Counted from the first letter of the whole stretch, positions 1 to 14,312 are shown. The stretch: DNA of 63,926 nt, filler included, from Octopus bimaculoides (GCF_001194135.2; 6 parts of 5 records of this genome joined end to end with filler, not necessarily neighbours in it), one strand, 5' to 3'. The notes: generated by a model from the letters alone, not told the origin. A program made the numbers and translations.

Positions 1-19
1 TTTATATATATATATTTAT

Positions 20-260
20 ATTTATATATTTATATATTTGATCCTTTATATTGAACACTCAATATTTCATCTACATTCAATACTTTCTTTCATGGTGCCA
101 TTCATTTTTATTTTATTTTATTTTATATTGTATATTGTATATTATATTATATATTGTATATTCCATATTCTATACCCCACATTAGTTCTGCAGGAATATA
201 AATAAAACATAAAAAACAGACAGTGTTGGAACTCTTTTAAGCAAAATAATATATATATAT
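20..260 (+). repeat. Interspersed repeat, second copy of the family at 22203-22509 (truncated at window start)
   Basis: Shares GATCCTTTATATTGAACACTCAATATTTCAT...TATAAATAAAACATAAAAAACAGACAGTGTTGGAACTCTTTTAA with 22265-22470 on another scaffold. Confidence 0.85.
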
Positions 261-277
261 ATATATATACACATATA

Positions 278-478
278 CGACGGGCTTCTTTCTGTCTACC
301 ACATCTATCCACAAGCTTTTCATTGACACAAGTCTATAGAAGGACGAACTTCTGCAAAGTGTCAGTGAAAGAAGCGGAATGTGGTTGGTAATAAAACTAC
401 TTTATTTCATTATAATTTGCCATAGAGGCAGAACACAGAGTAGCACAGTTAATAAAACTACTTACCACACAACCAAAT
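278..478 (-). mobile_element. Degenerate tRNA-derived SINE (family A) fragment
   Basis: Reverse complement resembles the 34277-34734 SINE (GACGGGCTTCTTTC, TGTGGTTGGTAA, CTACTTACCACACA). Confidence 0.6.
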
Positions 479-779
479 CCATGTCCGATACTATCGCACT
501 TGTTCAGGGAGTGCATTTACCATAGTACGTGTCCACTCAAACTTTCTCAGTGAAATCTGGATTACTTAAACTGTGTACAAGGGCGTCGAATTTAACGTCC
601 AACTATTCAAAGCGGTCAGAATTATGTATCAGGCTAATTCCAATTGATTAAAATTTTCAGGTGCGTGTGTACCTGTAAAATATGCAGAAATTTCCCACGC
701 TAATTCAGTCAGTTATAATTTCAATTTAATGAACAACCAGAGGGTCCAATTTCGAAATATGCAATTCTCATGCAATAAG

Positions 780-781
780 CA

Positions 782-835
<54 letters not shown>

Positions 836-1135
836 TATACACACACACATATGCACACATATACGTATATATAGATGTGCATACATGCCCATATACACAC
901 ACGCAAGGACGCAAGCATCGTGCACTCACGCATGCACGCATGCGCATACATATGCATATATATTTTTGTTTATATACATACATATACACACCCATACACA
1001 CATATGGATATATACATGCACATACATGCACACACACACACGCATCATGCACACACACACATGCACATACGTATGCATATTTATTTTTGTGTATATACAT
1101 ACACTCACACACACATATATAATACCAACATAAAT
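780..1135. repeat. (CA)n and degenerate CATA/CA microsatellite
   Basis: Direct inspection; explains the overlapping HT/CV pseudo-ORFs. Confidence 0.9.
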
Positions 1136-2099
1136 GTACATATATATATGCTTACTTGTATATGAAAAGGGAGGAAGGTAGATATTCAGTGAAGTTAAGC
1201 ATGTAAAATCGAACACATTCTCACAAACATGAAAACCAGAGTACACATTTATATACGAGTGATCACGTATACAATTTACTGATAGATATGCAAGCCCACA
1301 AAAGAAACACAGCATAATACACAAACGCAGCGGTATGCTTACATACACATTAAAAAATAGACAAACAAGTTCGCAACACAGTTAAGTGTACACATACATA
1401 CACATATATGCCCGTTCTTACTTTACATCCACTGTTGGTTCATATTCACACTATTAGCTCTTGTAATTTGTACCGGAAATAGGTGACACGCCATTTGCTT
1501 CGTACGCACGGAGAGGTATCGTCCGCTATCTTGTTTATGGCACACATATGTAATTTTTACTTTAATTTTTTTATTTTATTTATATTCCGAAATTTCTCAA
1601 AGTAACTAGACACATGGTGTTGATATTAATTTCAGTTGTATTAATTTCTCTCTATGACTCCCTCTTTTTCTTTCAAACCTCCATAATAACATACTGAGGA
1701 AAGCCTGAAAGTGGAAACCTCGAGTTCTCTGTCATAACACTTCTTGTAAAAGTACAACTTTAATAAACATGCTCTTTAGTAAAATGCAATAAATAATTTT
1801 TCAGTTTAGCGTTAATTTTTTAACAAACACATACACGTACACACACACACACGCATGCACACACACATACACACAGAAATGCACACACACACATACACAC
1901 ACACACACACATATTCATGCAGGAATTCTTTTTTTTTTGTAATCAATATCACAAGATTGCTTACATTCAGCATAAACTTGTGGTAACATTCGCTTGTATC
2001 AATGTATTCATACACATTTGGCAAAAAGAAAAAAAAACGAGAAACATGCAATTAAAACGTAATATGATCGACAAGCATTCATAGGGATGAATCTGCTTT

Positions 2100-3190
2100 C
2101 ACGTATAACGTCTGCTGAAATACGTTTTGATTAGCAACGATAGGTATACATAAAAACTTGTTATCAGCTTCAATAGGCTTGAGGTATATTTTAGCATGGA
2201 GAAAATTTCTGTCGACAACTATGTGTAAATGCACTGAATCAGCTTGCAGGATCGCCCCTGATTAGATTGTGGAGTGCATGCATTTCGGAGTTATTATCTT
2301 TTCTTCAGCCACAAAAACCGGATAAGGTAGCGTTGCGAGCTTACAGAAAGTATCATATAATATTCCTGCCATCATTCATTGACCGGTTGTGCTATTTGTC
2401 GGCTCACCGTAAGTAAATTACGTGGTAACAGCGCTAAGCAGTGACGTGTATTTAAATACAAACTTGTTACCAGTTCAAATAGCCTTCGGGCATTTTCGAA
2501 CCCGTAAGAAACCTATCCACTGTATTTTGTCATGGAGAAAATTTCTGACTGCAAACAAATAGGTGTAAATACACTGAACCAGTTCACAGCACTCCTTAAC
2601 CTGACAGTGGGATGCATGCATTTCGGAATGGTTATCTCCTCTTCGGCAACGGAAACAGGGAAAGACAGATGCTGAAAACTAACACAAGAGACAGATTCCT
2701 CTTATGATATTTACATCATTGTTCAATGAATGGTTGCATTATTTAGCAGCTTGCAGTAAGTAAAATATGGCGTGACAGTGGTAAACAGTGATGTGTAGGA
2801 ATAGAAACTTCTTAGCAGTTCAAATAATGCTTGAGGTATATTTAAACTCATACGAAATCCATTCCCTGTAGATTGTCATGGAAAAAAATTTCTTGCTGTA
2901 GGAAAATTACACACTGAGCCAATTCACGGCATCCACTAACCAGTAGCATGCATTTCGTAGTTGTTATCTCCTCTTCATCGAGATGTTACAGCTTGCAGTG
3001 AATGGCATTCTTACGGTGAATGGCTTTCGTATGCCTCAAGCATATTTGTGCTAGTAAGTTTGTGTTTATACATGTAATTGATTAGCGATGTCACCTCATA
3101 TTTTATTTCCGAAAAGTCGCTGATCAGCGCCACCAGGCATTGAACAGCGATGGGAATATCATAGGATGATGCTTACTGGGGCAGAACCAA
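2100..3190. repeat. Diverged ~346-bp tandem repeat (about 2.6 direct units) plus an inverted partial unit
   Basis: Anchors AAACTT(G/C)TTA..CAG(C/T)T.AA at ~2153, 2460 and 2806. CATGGA(G/A)AAAATTTC at ~2195, 2531 and 2877. GCATGCATTTCG at ~2276, 2613 and 2946. 3010-3190 is a reverse-complement homologue of 2695-2870. Confidence 0.75.
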
Positions 3191-3703
3191 GAGTCTAAAA
3201 CTGTTCTCTTATCTTCAACCGATCATCATATACTTTTACTTATTGCTGAGTCAATTCTTGAGAATTCTTCTCATATGTAACTCTTCTGGAGCATTGTTCC
3301 GTGAACCACAAGCGCAATGAGAGTTTCAAAAGGCTTAACGGAGAAAAAGACTAAAGAACAGCCTGGAAACGTCTGACACTCAATTTGAACATGCGTGACC
3401 GCACATATCTTCATAACTGACGCAGTCAGCCAATTGGACCGTTAAATATTCTCTCCTCCACCATTTGATCCGGATTTGGTAACCCAAGAGATCCACGTGT
3501 TCAGTCTAATGCGGGACAGCTTTTGCAGACAATGATCGAATGACATAGACGAGGTGAAAATGAATGTAAAGAGGATACGAGAGTTTATTGGGCCAACGAT
3601 TGCTCAAATGCATTGCTTGTGATGGTGAGTATATAAAAAGTAACTTTGTATATATGAATACCTACACCATGAACAGTGACAGTTTAAACAATATTTCATA
3701 TAA

Positions 3704-4246
3704 TCTATATTAATAAAAGCGAATTTCTGTCTGTCTGGGACCCTTGTATATCAGTCTACATGTCCTCCACATAGATGTATTATATCTTTTGGGAATCAGG
3801 ATGATCAAGGGATTGAAAAGATGCCTTTTATTTGATCCTTGAACACCCAGTATTGAGATCAGATTTAAATGCATTTGGGTTGCTATTTCTAGCAGCTAAA
3901 GGTTGACTAATTCACACCATCTTGGTTAGCGTTTGTCAGATGACATCAGAGATCAAGGGGAAAACAAATTATATTCGCTTCGTTAATTTTACGTCGAAAT
4001 AAGATCTTTGCGACAAATTGACCGGCAGTTGGAATTCAACTTGTGATTGGAACAACAAAATGACTTTATTACAGAATTAATTCTCATCCGACCTTAACCG
4101 CCGATCAAAAACCACCGGACTATATAATCACTATAGACGTATTATAGTCATGCTATTTAGCTGTCTATAATTTTGGGCCGCAACTCCAATAAGCCCACCG
4201 TAGGAGCAAGCTTAAATGTCCGCACGGAATGCGGCTTTTAAGCTAG
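3704..4246 (+). mobile_element. Complete non-autonomous Helitron
   Basis: 5' A|TCTATATTAATAAAAGCGAATTTCTGTCTGTCTG. 3' hairpin CCGCA-CGGAA-TGCGG (4220-4234) followed by CTAG|T (4243-4247). Inserted between A and T with no TSD, matching canonical Helitron termini. Confidence 0.75.
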
Positions 4247-5393
4247 TAGAGAATATAACTACTTTTGCACTACACTCTGAACAACATTCATATATTGTTT
4301 GCTTCATATTTATATCGATGATTACGAATTGTCAGATTTCTCGCAAATTTAAACTACACTTAATATATTCTAGAAAGTACTAGTCATGACTTTTCTATTC
4401 TATGCGTTCATTTATATTCCTCGTTAGCTTATCTAAGCATATTACGATATCTATGCATATTTTATGAATATTTGATTTGGCTTTAGATTTCCGTATTATA
4501 GCAAGAAGTACACTTTCCAGTTAAATTTAAACAAATGCTACATTACACAACAACCTGATTTACGCCACACTTATACGCTGAATAAATATAATATCTAATT
4601 AAGTTACGTAATACGATTCTAAAGAAGAGACTGCTGACCGAAGAAATATATTAAGCATGAAGTTTAGTGTTCGCATATTTAATACAGTGAGTATTAAAAA
4701 ATCCATGTACAAGCAAGTATATAACAAGAAATAGAAAATGCAGTAATATTAGTCAATGAATATTAATTCTCGAATTAATACAGGCGGTACAAAATACATA
4801 CACTGAAGATCAGCGAAGGGTCGTCATTATCTAACAAACTGCGATTGTATAGAAAACTTCGCTACATCAATGTTTAGTGTTGGACACATACTACTGTCCT
4901 TCATAATACAATTGCTTAGATAATACGTGGCAGGATCCCGATAGTTGAACACCAAACAATAATTAATTTGGATGCTAATTGTTAATACTCTTTTTATTAG
5001 ATATTTAAATTTAACTCAGTATTTTTACTTCATACATGGCAACTGAGCGTTATGCTGTATCTAATCTATTATATATTAAGTATATTGAATGTGCCTTATA
5101 AATTCATGTTTAACACATGTATATCTGAATATGCGTGCATATGGAAGTATGTATGTATGTATGTATGTGCTTGTGTGTATAGGCATTATTGTGCAAACCG
5201 GAAGAATAGAATTCAAAATAAGAGTATATTTATATTTTTATTAATATTTCGCATAAGTAACAGAGTGATTCAAGGTCCAAGATTCTTGTGCATTGGCATA
5301 GTGCCAACGCACGAAACACTCGCAAATTCATTCACCCTGTTACTTCTGCTCTGTATATTTGAATGTGTGTCTGTGTTTCTGCCTTGTGCGTGC

Positions 5394-5443
<50 letters not shown>

Positions 5444-5496
5444 NNNNNNNNNNNNNNNNNNNNNNNNNNNNNNNNNNNNNNNNNNNNNNNNNNNNN

Positions 5497-5551
<55 letters not shown>

Positions 5552-6054
5552 ATCTGTCACTTTCTCTCCCCACTCTCTCTATTATATATATATATATATA
5601 TATGATATCTGAGTTGTGAAAATTTGATTGAATGACATCTTTGTGTGCAACGGTATTGAATATGTCAAATACATCATAATTTAGAATTTTTAGTTGGATA
5701 AAATAAAATAATTAAATACAAAAAATATGAAGAACAAAACAGCATATAAAAATCATTAAAAATATTTCACCGAATGTCTGCACTGTATGACCAACCATTC
5801 ACTAACGAAATAACTGAAGCGATCCTTATTTCTTTTCTTATACTGACATTGGTTGAAGGTTTTCCAAAACTTAATACGTCTGTCCATTATACGCCTAAAA
5901 TGTATTCTATTCATATTCCAACGTCCTCAGCATTATTGGATAGAAATGTCAGTTATGTATATCGGAAAACAATATTTGCAATAATTTATTCAGTAGACGT
6001 GTATAATTTTTTACGCGCGCACACAATGAATTCACAGACATGAATGTAGGTGTC

Positions 6055-6124
<70 letters not shown>

Positions 6125-6166
6125 NNNNNNNNNNACAATGAATTCACAGACATGAATGTAGGTGTC

Positions 6167-6214
<48 letters not shown>

Positions 6215-8640
6215 GTGTGTGTGTGTGTATATACAGTTATATATACATTCATACAATGATGCTTCTATTTACGATTTGTGTATATATAATTGTCTGATCG
6301 CATGGAAATTATGTTAGCATATTATGACTTCATCGGAGCATACTATTTTGCGTTAAAATATCACACCTCTACATATAGATAAATATATACATATAGCAAA
6401 TATGAAAAAAAAGATACAACATTATTTTCTCAGGGTGAAGTATTTGTCAGTGTGTGTAACATTGAACCATAAAAAAAAATATGTATAGATCGATACATAT
6501 TCTTTCTTTCTATGCAATCTTTTAGAATATCTTCATTTATTGTCGTCAAAAATTTAATTAATTTGAATACAATCGACCTCAGGTGCATAATTAGATTGGT
6601 TTGTCTGCTTTCACTTTTGGCATTTTTATATATTTTTTTAACAACATGATTTAAATATGGCCGAGAGAAAAATGGGGAAAAGCTATGTCGATGAATAATG
6701 GATTTTGAAATTTTCATTGCAAACTTAGAAGATTTAATTTTTCATTAGAATTCACTGAGGTCCGTCTTCAAATGTCACCAGAAGAGCTCATTATGTTAGC
6801 ACATGCATTGAATATTCAATGGGCTGAATTCTGATTTCGTTAGGTTATAAACAGTTTGCATGCTACACAAAATGTATGCCACTGCACAAACATGGTTCAT
6901 TGAAAAGCCATTAGATAACAGCCGATTATTACTGTTATCGCCATTAATATTACTACTAATATGTTTTTTTTTTCTTTAATTGTTTTATTATAACTGAAAA
7001 TTCAAATATAACTATAAATATATTTCTGTACGTTTTGTTGCCGTTTTTCTGTGTGTATTAATATGATTGGTCTTGGTTTGTTCTCTTTATACTCTGATAA
7101 TAATAACTTGGAAGCATTAAAATAAATTCCATTTTCACAATTTCACGTATTTTGTTTTAGTCATATAATTAAAAAAATTAGCACTGACCATATTTTACAA
7201 TGAATATTTTCTTTGTTAAAAACGTGTCGTCTTGTCGAAACCACTGTACTAAGCCACAATCAATACGCATTATTTATACGAAGAAGCAGTATGAACATAT
7301 TTACTTCACATATAAAGCAACTTTCTGGAATGCGGATAGACTAGTTATATTTGCTACATTGCAGCTGTTATTCATAAATAGCCAAATACAATTGTGTACT
7401 TTCAGAGAGAGCTTGATTGAGGAGAAAATCTGAACAAAATACTTTTAGATATTATGAAAAGTCATCTGTAGCAAAGCATAATTAGGTAGAAAACTTTCAA
7501 AACAGTTGATCATGAAGGGAAATAGCAGGCAAAAACAACAGACATAAATATTTGTGGTAGCAATTGGCGATATATTGATTCAAGGAAGCATGATAAAAAG
7601 AAAATAGAGACAAGGGGACTTTAAGGTTTCTTTAATGATTTATGGCGGTTACAATATATANNNNNNNNNNNNNNNNNNNNNNNNNNNNNNNNNNNNNNNN
7701 NNNNNNNNNNNNNNNNNNNNNNNNNNNNNNNNNNNNNNNNNNNNNNNNNNNNNNNNNNNNNNNNNNNNNNNNNNNNNNNNNNNNNNNNNNNNNNNNNNNN
7801 NNNNNNNNNNNNNNNNNNNNNNNNNNNNNNNNNNNNNNNNNNNNNNNNNNNNNNNNNNNNNNNNNNNNNNNNNNNNNNNNNNNNNNNNNNNNNNNNNNNN
7901 NNNNNNNNNNNNNNNNNNNNNNNNNNNNNNNNNNNNNNNNNNNNNNNNNNNNNNNNNNNNNNNNNNNNNNNNNNNNNNNNNNNNNNNNNNNNNNNNNNNN
8001 NNNNNNNNNNNNNNNNNNNNNNNNNNNNNNNNNNNNNNNNNNNNNNNNNNNNNNNNNNNNNNNNNNNNNNNNNNNNNNNNNNNNNNNNNNNNNNNNNNNN
8101 NNNNNNNNNNNNNNNNNNNNNNNNNNNNNNNNNNNNNNNNNNNNNNNNNNNNNNNNNNNNNNNNNNNNNNNNNNNNNATATATATATATATATATACATA
8201 TCATATATATTTATATATATATAAGTCTGTTTTGAAAGAAGTAGTTCTTATTTAGGGATATATTATCCAAGCGGGTACCAGTTTTGCGCTATTGTCGATT
8301 AACGGTACTGAAAATTTTACATGCATGTGTACTCGTGATTATTGTTAGTTCTTCGATATTAGCACTTTACACCCCCTGAAATTCCTCTTATCGCCATGGA
8401 GATTTTCAGCATTTTCGATATAGGAGAAATAATTAAATGTTTAAAAATAGAAGGAAAACGGATAATACATTCATAGAATAATCATTTTTAATCATAATCC
8501 AGTCAAATTAATAAATTCATTCATATTGCCTACGCTGCGTTTCGGCTAATTGCTAACCTACTTATTTACACTTTTAAAGTGCTTTATGAAGTTGAAAACA
8601 TTTAATTATATATATACATATATATATATTTACTTATATA

Positions 8641-9033
8641 AGGGCATTACTATACAATAATGCCGCACGCTATGAGGGACTCAAATGTCAGACTACCATA
8701 AAAAACACATTTTTACCGAACGCGAGGAAATGCAACGCTCTTACATAGGTAAATACCGATAAACAGTCTTCTGTGTACTATAATGGATACGCGGTGTTCG
8801 TTTGGTATGTTGAATTTCTGTCTACTTCTATTTATCTTGACCATATCATAATGAAGAGTAGAGGTTGTATAATACTACAATAACTACGAAATCATGATAT
8901 ATAATTCAGTCTGTTTTTAAGGGACTGGCTTTGAGAGTTGCATTTCCTCGCGTTCCTTAAAAATGTGTTTTTTCATGGTAGTCTGACCTTTGAGTCCCTC
9001 ATAGTGTGAGGCATTATTGTATAGTAATGCCTT
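8641..9033. mobile_element. MITE with ~100-bp terminal inverted repeats, TA-flanked (Tc1/mariner-type)
   Basis: AGGGCATTACTATACAATAATGCCGCACGCTATGAGGGACTCAAATGTCAGACTACCAT...GAACGCGAGGAAATGCAAC is mirrored by the reverse complement at 8935-9033. TA on both flanks. Confidence 0.85.
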
Positions 9034-9587
9034 TATATAAATAAAAATAAAAATTTTTTGGAATAAATGATGGATTTTTTTCTCTTATGAAGTTTTTTTC
9101 ACGCTAGCTACTTGATAAATTCTTGTAAAAGAGTTCATCCTATTATTGAATTTAAATATATATATATATATATATANNNNNNNNNNNNNNNNNNNNNNNN
9201 NNNNNNNNNNNNNNNNNNNNNNNNNNNNNNNNNNNNNNNNNNNNNNNNNNNNNNNNNNNNNNNNNNNNNNNNNNNNNNNNNNNNNNNNNNNNNNNNNNNN
9301 NNNNNNNNNNNNNNNNNNNNNNNNNNNNNNNNNNNNNNNNNNNNNNNNNNNNNNNNNNNNNNNNNNNNNNNNNNNNNNNNNNNNNNNNNNNNNNNNNNNN
9401 NNNNNNNNNNNNNNNNNNNNNNNNNNNNNNNNNNNNNNNNNNNNNNNNNNNNNNNNNNNNNNNNNNNNNNNNNNNNNNNNNNNNNNNNNNNNNNNNNNNN
9501 NNNNNNNNNNNNNNNNNNNNNNNNNNNNNNNNNNNNNNNNNNNNNNNNNNNNNNNNNNNNNNNNNNNNNNNNNNNNNNNNNNNNNNN

Positions 9588-9641
<54 letters not shown>

Positions 9642-10089
9642 GAGACAGAGAGACAGAGAGACAGAGAGACAGAGAGAGAGAGAGAGAGAAAGAGAGAAAG
9701 AAGGAAGGTGAGAAAGATGAAGAGAGGGCGCTAATGAAGAACAAAAGTAAAAATCCAAAACAAAGGGCGATAGAGATCCAAAACACCTTCGATGTTAATA
9801 GCAACAGGTTAATGCTCAAAGAAAGAAGTTAAACATGAAAGTTGCTCAGAAGTAAAACGTTTCGTCCAGAGAAAACGAGTCAGACAAAATGAATTGAGAT
9901 GGAGAACGGATAAAACAGAAAAAGAATGGTAATTAAAATTGCGGGTGGGTAACATATATATGCATATGTGTTTCTGTATGTCTTTGTTGTGTACGAGTAT
10001 GTGCACGATGACAGCGTTGCATGTGTGCACTTCTGTATGTGTATGTTTGGAGTAGGTGTGTACGTGCGTATATATCAATAATAAATATT

Positions 10090-10215
10090 CAGCTAAGCGC
10101 AGCAGGGGAAAGACATGGGCTGCAATAGTAAGAGAACAGGCGTTAACAACCGGGACTAGTTTATGCGAAAGTGGCTTAAGTGAGCGGATGTTCATGGACC
10201 GTAATAACCCTTACC
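10090..10215 (+). mobile_element. Possible highly degenerate RTE-clade LINE 3' fragment
   Basis: Frame reads RSRGKTWAAIVRE...LSERMFMDR, resembling the RTE C-terminal GRPRKTW..VR.D....E.M..DR motif. Confidence 0.3.
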
Positions 10216-10452
10216 GAATGTTTGCGTTTTGATGTGCAGAGACGCACAAACCATGTTTGCATTCATTATTCAAAGTGAGTATCTGTTTTACATTCTGCTA
10301 GACGTCATTTCTTTACTATTTCTCGTGACAAATCTGTCAGCATGTACATGTCCATACGCAGAGGCACGTACGCACACACACATATACAACACACACAACA
10401 TGCAGACACACACAACACACACACACGCGCGCACACACACACGCACACACAC

Positions 10453-10558
10453 ACTGCGATATATAAGCCTCTACGCTACGATATATGAACCCTCCACACT
10501 ACAATGTAGGAACCTCCACTCGGCAATATATGAACCTCCACGCTGTGATATAAGAACT
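10453..10558. repeat. Degenerate ~22-bp minisatellite (about 5 units)
   Basis: Units resemble CTACGATATATGAACCTCCACA. Confidence 0.7.
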
Positions 10559-12197
10559 TTTCTTTTTACTGTCACCTCTAACTTGTTCCTTACGGCCTTA
10601 TTTATGCTACAAGTTTACTAAGTAACTCCTCCACATATTAAAATTTACACTCTACAATATGTGTAACAATATAAAACTACATTATGCATGTGAAATCTGT
10701 ACGATTAGGACTTCAGTGCAGAAGAAAAACAAGAAAAAATTTTTCACAAATATTCCTAAATTATTTTCGATTGTGCACACCTGATCTATTTCTCCCGGAT
10801 CAAGTTATCTTTTAGAAATATTGGTGATTACTGTTTTTTTCTTTTCATTCCTTAACCAGAGAGGTATTTTGGGTGCAGCTATGAAGCAACATCTAAATAC
10901 ATTACTACACCGCAGGGGACTTTCAGATATCGGTATATGATATAATTTTAATTAGTGCATGATTTAATGCATAATATAAATGGGATATATGGTGGCATGT
11001 GTAGAGATATTACTTCATTTAATTATTATATCTTATTATTCTTAACTACAGAACATGAATGTATTATAGTGTTCGGTTTAAATAAATTGTTAATAGCTAT
11101 TAGTCTGGCCATTAAATATCCAATCACGCTAAGCGTGTTGAATCAGTCACTAACGATATTTGTTAGCTTTGCCTTTCAGCATAACGCTAGAGCAGATCAT
11201 AATATTGTACTGTCAGTTATAATTGACAATACAAAGTTATATGCAACTTTCACTGGTGATAAGGAAACTAATCTTAAGAATTCTAAGCTATTTAAAGGCA
11301 ACATTATATATATATAAATATCTATACATACGCGCGCGCGGTAAAATAACATCAGTAACATATAGAGATTCTTTTGTTCACTACATATATTCCACCATTA
11401 TGGTTAGGCGTATTATCTGTAGTTTAGGGAAACAATTTATTGTGTTATGTTTACTCAAAGCGAATGCTGTAGGTCTCTGCATACGTAATGAGCTAATGTG
11501 TTCCAGTCATGTATTGAAGTGGTTCAACATTCAGTTTAGAACACTAACAATAGGGCTGCAGATAATTACAATTTTGAAAGATGTGTTGAGAACAAATGAT
11601 ATAATCTGCATCTTGAGTTTATCATACATTTTCCTACCTTTTCCCTGTACACCATAACGAGTAATACCACGAGGTAAAGCAACAACTACGACACTTTACT
11701 AGAAATAAACTAGACGAGGGTGCTCAACGTGAAGCTCTAAGCTCATCACAAGTATTCTTATTGCTAACTCTATACACAAAACATAGCCCTACATAGTAAC
11801 ATTATATTGATTTATTTATACTTATATATTTATATGTATGTATAAAGTAATTCGTTGATCGTAATCAAAATTCAGAGTTGCATCGATACACCAAAATTGA
11901 AAGCAATCTGAGCAAAATTAAGTTGGGTTTAGTGAGAGTCATTTTGCGAATAAGAAAGACTAGATCCTTAAGGTATATGTTTGTTTAGTTATATTTCAAG
12001 ATTTTTAGCCAATAGAGAGAGAGCCGTTTTCTAAGCTAGATCCATTCTAATTCACTGGGATTTCAATATCAACAGGGTATTTTTGTATGAATATATGTCA
12101 ACGTTCAGTTTTGTATGTTTTGTTTTATATATGTATTCTCATGCATATAGTCGCAGACTCACAAACATACACACACACACACATATATATACATATA

Positions 12198-12337
12198 TAC
12201 AACAAGCTTCTTTCAGTTTCTGTCTACCAAATTCCACTCACAAGGATTTGGTCGGCCAAGGTGCCACGCAGTGGGAATGAATCCGGAACCATGTGGTTGG
12301 TAAGCAAGCTACTTACCACACAGCCATTCCAGCGCCT
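12198..12337 (-). mobile_element. SINE family A, internally deleted 5' part
   Basis: Reverse complement of GGCGC.GGA.TGGCTGTGTGGTAAGTAGCTTGCTTACCAACCACATGGTTCCGG...GTAGACAGAAACTGAAAGAAGC. Confidence 0.85.
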
Positions 12338-13703
12338 ATAGGTACACATTCATGAAAATGAAAAAGTGAGTGAATGTTTGGTTAAATATGTGTATGTGTA
12401 TATAAACATGCAAGCACATAAGTTTTGAGTAAGTGTATATGTATGTATACATGTACGTGTGTGCAAGCAAATTTGTTAGCTTAATAGCCTGTCTTAATGA
12501 CTTATAAAACAACTGGGTAAAGACTGCGGTAGTGTTACTATATATCTAAAATTAAGTCTGTGAGGTGACAGCTGTTGGTATCCTGCTGAGTTAAGGAAGA
12601 TAGCATATGTCGCTGGTTTTCTTTGAAGTGGAACGGCAACAGACACAAGAGATGGGTAATTGTTAAAGGTTATACTTTTATGACATTCTTATCTTGAAAT
12701 GCTGTTTTTTTCCAAAAATTCCAGACAAGTGTGTGGTTAAAGATCGAATGAATAAGCAGTTTTTTTTTTATTCTTTATTTCCCAGAATTTATTTTTGTCG
12801 TTTTTTCTCATTTATATCTCATTGTATTACCTTGTTCCTATTTGTCAGAAGAATATTACGAACAATATTTCGGTATGGATAAAAAAAAAAATACAGAGAA
12901 ACTAAAGATTATATTGCTGTGCTTTGATTCTAGCTACTCGAGTATATACATGTATACAGCTACTGTTGAATCCTATTAACACAATACTGCGTATAATATA
13001 TTTACAATTCAGCAATTAACAGCTGATAATAGTACGTTGAAACGATTCTTGTTGTATGTAGTAAAACTTGTTCAATCCATATTCACCTATTAAATATATT
13101 TTTTATTTATACTCTGCGGATATTTGTAGATTACCAAATGTATATACAATAGCAAGAGAAATCATACCGCATAATAGCATAATCAAATTTGCTACTCCAT
13201 AGCCGGAGTGTATCTTTGGCAACTACACCATAAGTTTTTTTTATCAACGTTATACTAATATATGTATGTATATATATATATATATATNNNNNNNNNNNNN
13301 NNNNNNNNNNNNNNNNNNNNNNNNNNNNNNNNNNNNNNNNNNNNNNNNNNNNNNNNNNNNNNNNNNNNNNNNNNNNNNNNNNNNNNNNNNNNNNNNNNNN
13401 NNNNNNNNNNNNNNNNNNNNNNNNNNNNNNNNNNNNNNNNNNNNNNNNNNNNNNNNNNNNNNNNNNNNNNNNNNNNNNNNNNNNNNNNNNNNNNNNNNNN
13501 NNNNNNNNNNNNNNNNNNNNNNNNNNNNNNNNNNNNNNNNNNNNNNNNNNNNNNNNNNNNNNNNNNNNNNNNNNNNNNNNNNNNNNNNNNNNNNNNNNNN
13601 NNNNNNNNNNNNNNNNNNNNNNNNNNNNNNNNNNNNNNNNNNNNNNNNNNNNNNNNNNNNNNNNNNNNNNNNNNNNNNNNNNNNNNNNNNNNNNNNNNNN
13701 NNN

Positions 13704-13781
<78 letters not shown>

Positions 13782-13786
13782 TAAAA

Positions 13787-14312
13787 TTATTCAAAGGACA
13801 TATTAAGTATGTCTACCAGCTTGGCAACAGTCAAAAACTGTTATTTAACGCGCCAAAATACACTGATAATACGCTGTATTGAAATTATTTTCACACTGGT
13901 GGCTACCATGATCCGGCACAAAACGAATCTGTTGTAGAGCAGAGTTTCACGTGACGAGTTGCGGTTCTCCGTCATGGTAACGCGTGCTGAGGAGGGTGAG
14001 TCTATAATGCCACTCCAGAAACCGGTACAAGTGAGTCCAAATACTCGAATGTACGCTGAGAGATTATCTCAGCCCGTTTGTCTTCACACGGTTGATTTCT
14101 GTATTTATTATCAGTGTATTTTGACTGTTATTTGTAGCGGGTAGACATACTTAGTATGTCCTTTGATAATCTTTCGGCTATTTCATGCTTTTGAGGGGCC
14201 TGCAATCTCCTTTATTATTGATTCTGTTATCGTTTTTAATTGTTGCATTAGATAATACTATAGTCAATGTTATATTCGCACATATTTTCCTAATGAATTG
14301 TTTGCTCCGTAT

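Noticed and set aside
713-1348. Many overlapping ORFs with HT/CV/YI dipeptide runs, here and throughout the window
   Set aside because: They are translations of CA/TG/TA/TACA microsatellites. X-rich ORFs merely span N gaps.
1688-1730. CTGAGGA...GGAAACCTCGAGTT, a further hammerhead-like motif
   Set aside because: Stem II and stem I cannot be paired convincingly, so it is too degenerate to support.
6022-6230. Direct duplication of ~45 bp plus (TG)n on both sides of a 10-N gap
   Set aside because: Typical unmerged contig overlap at a microsatellite, an assembly artefact.
6735-6833. Possible acceptor followed by EFTEVRLQMSPEELIMLAHALNIQWAEF*
   Set aside because: Short, with no recognisable homology and no linked exons.
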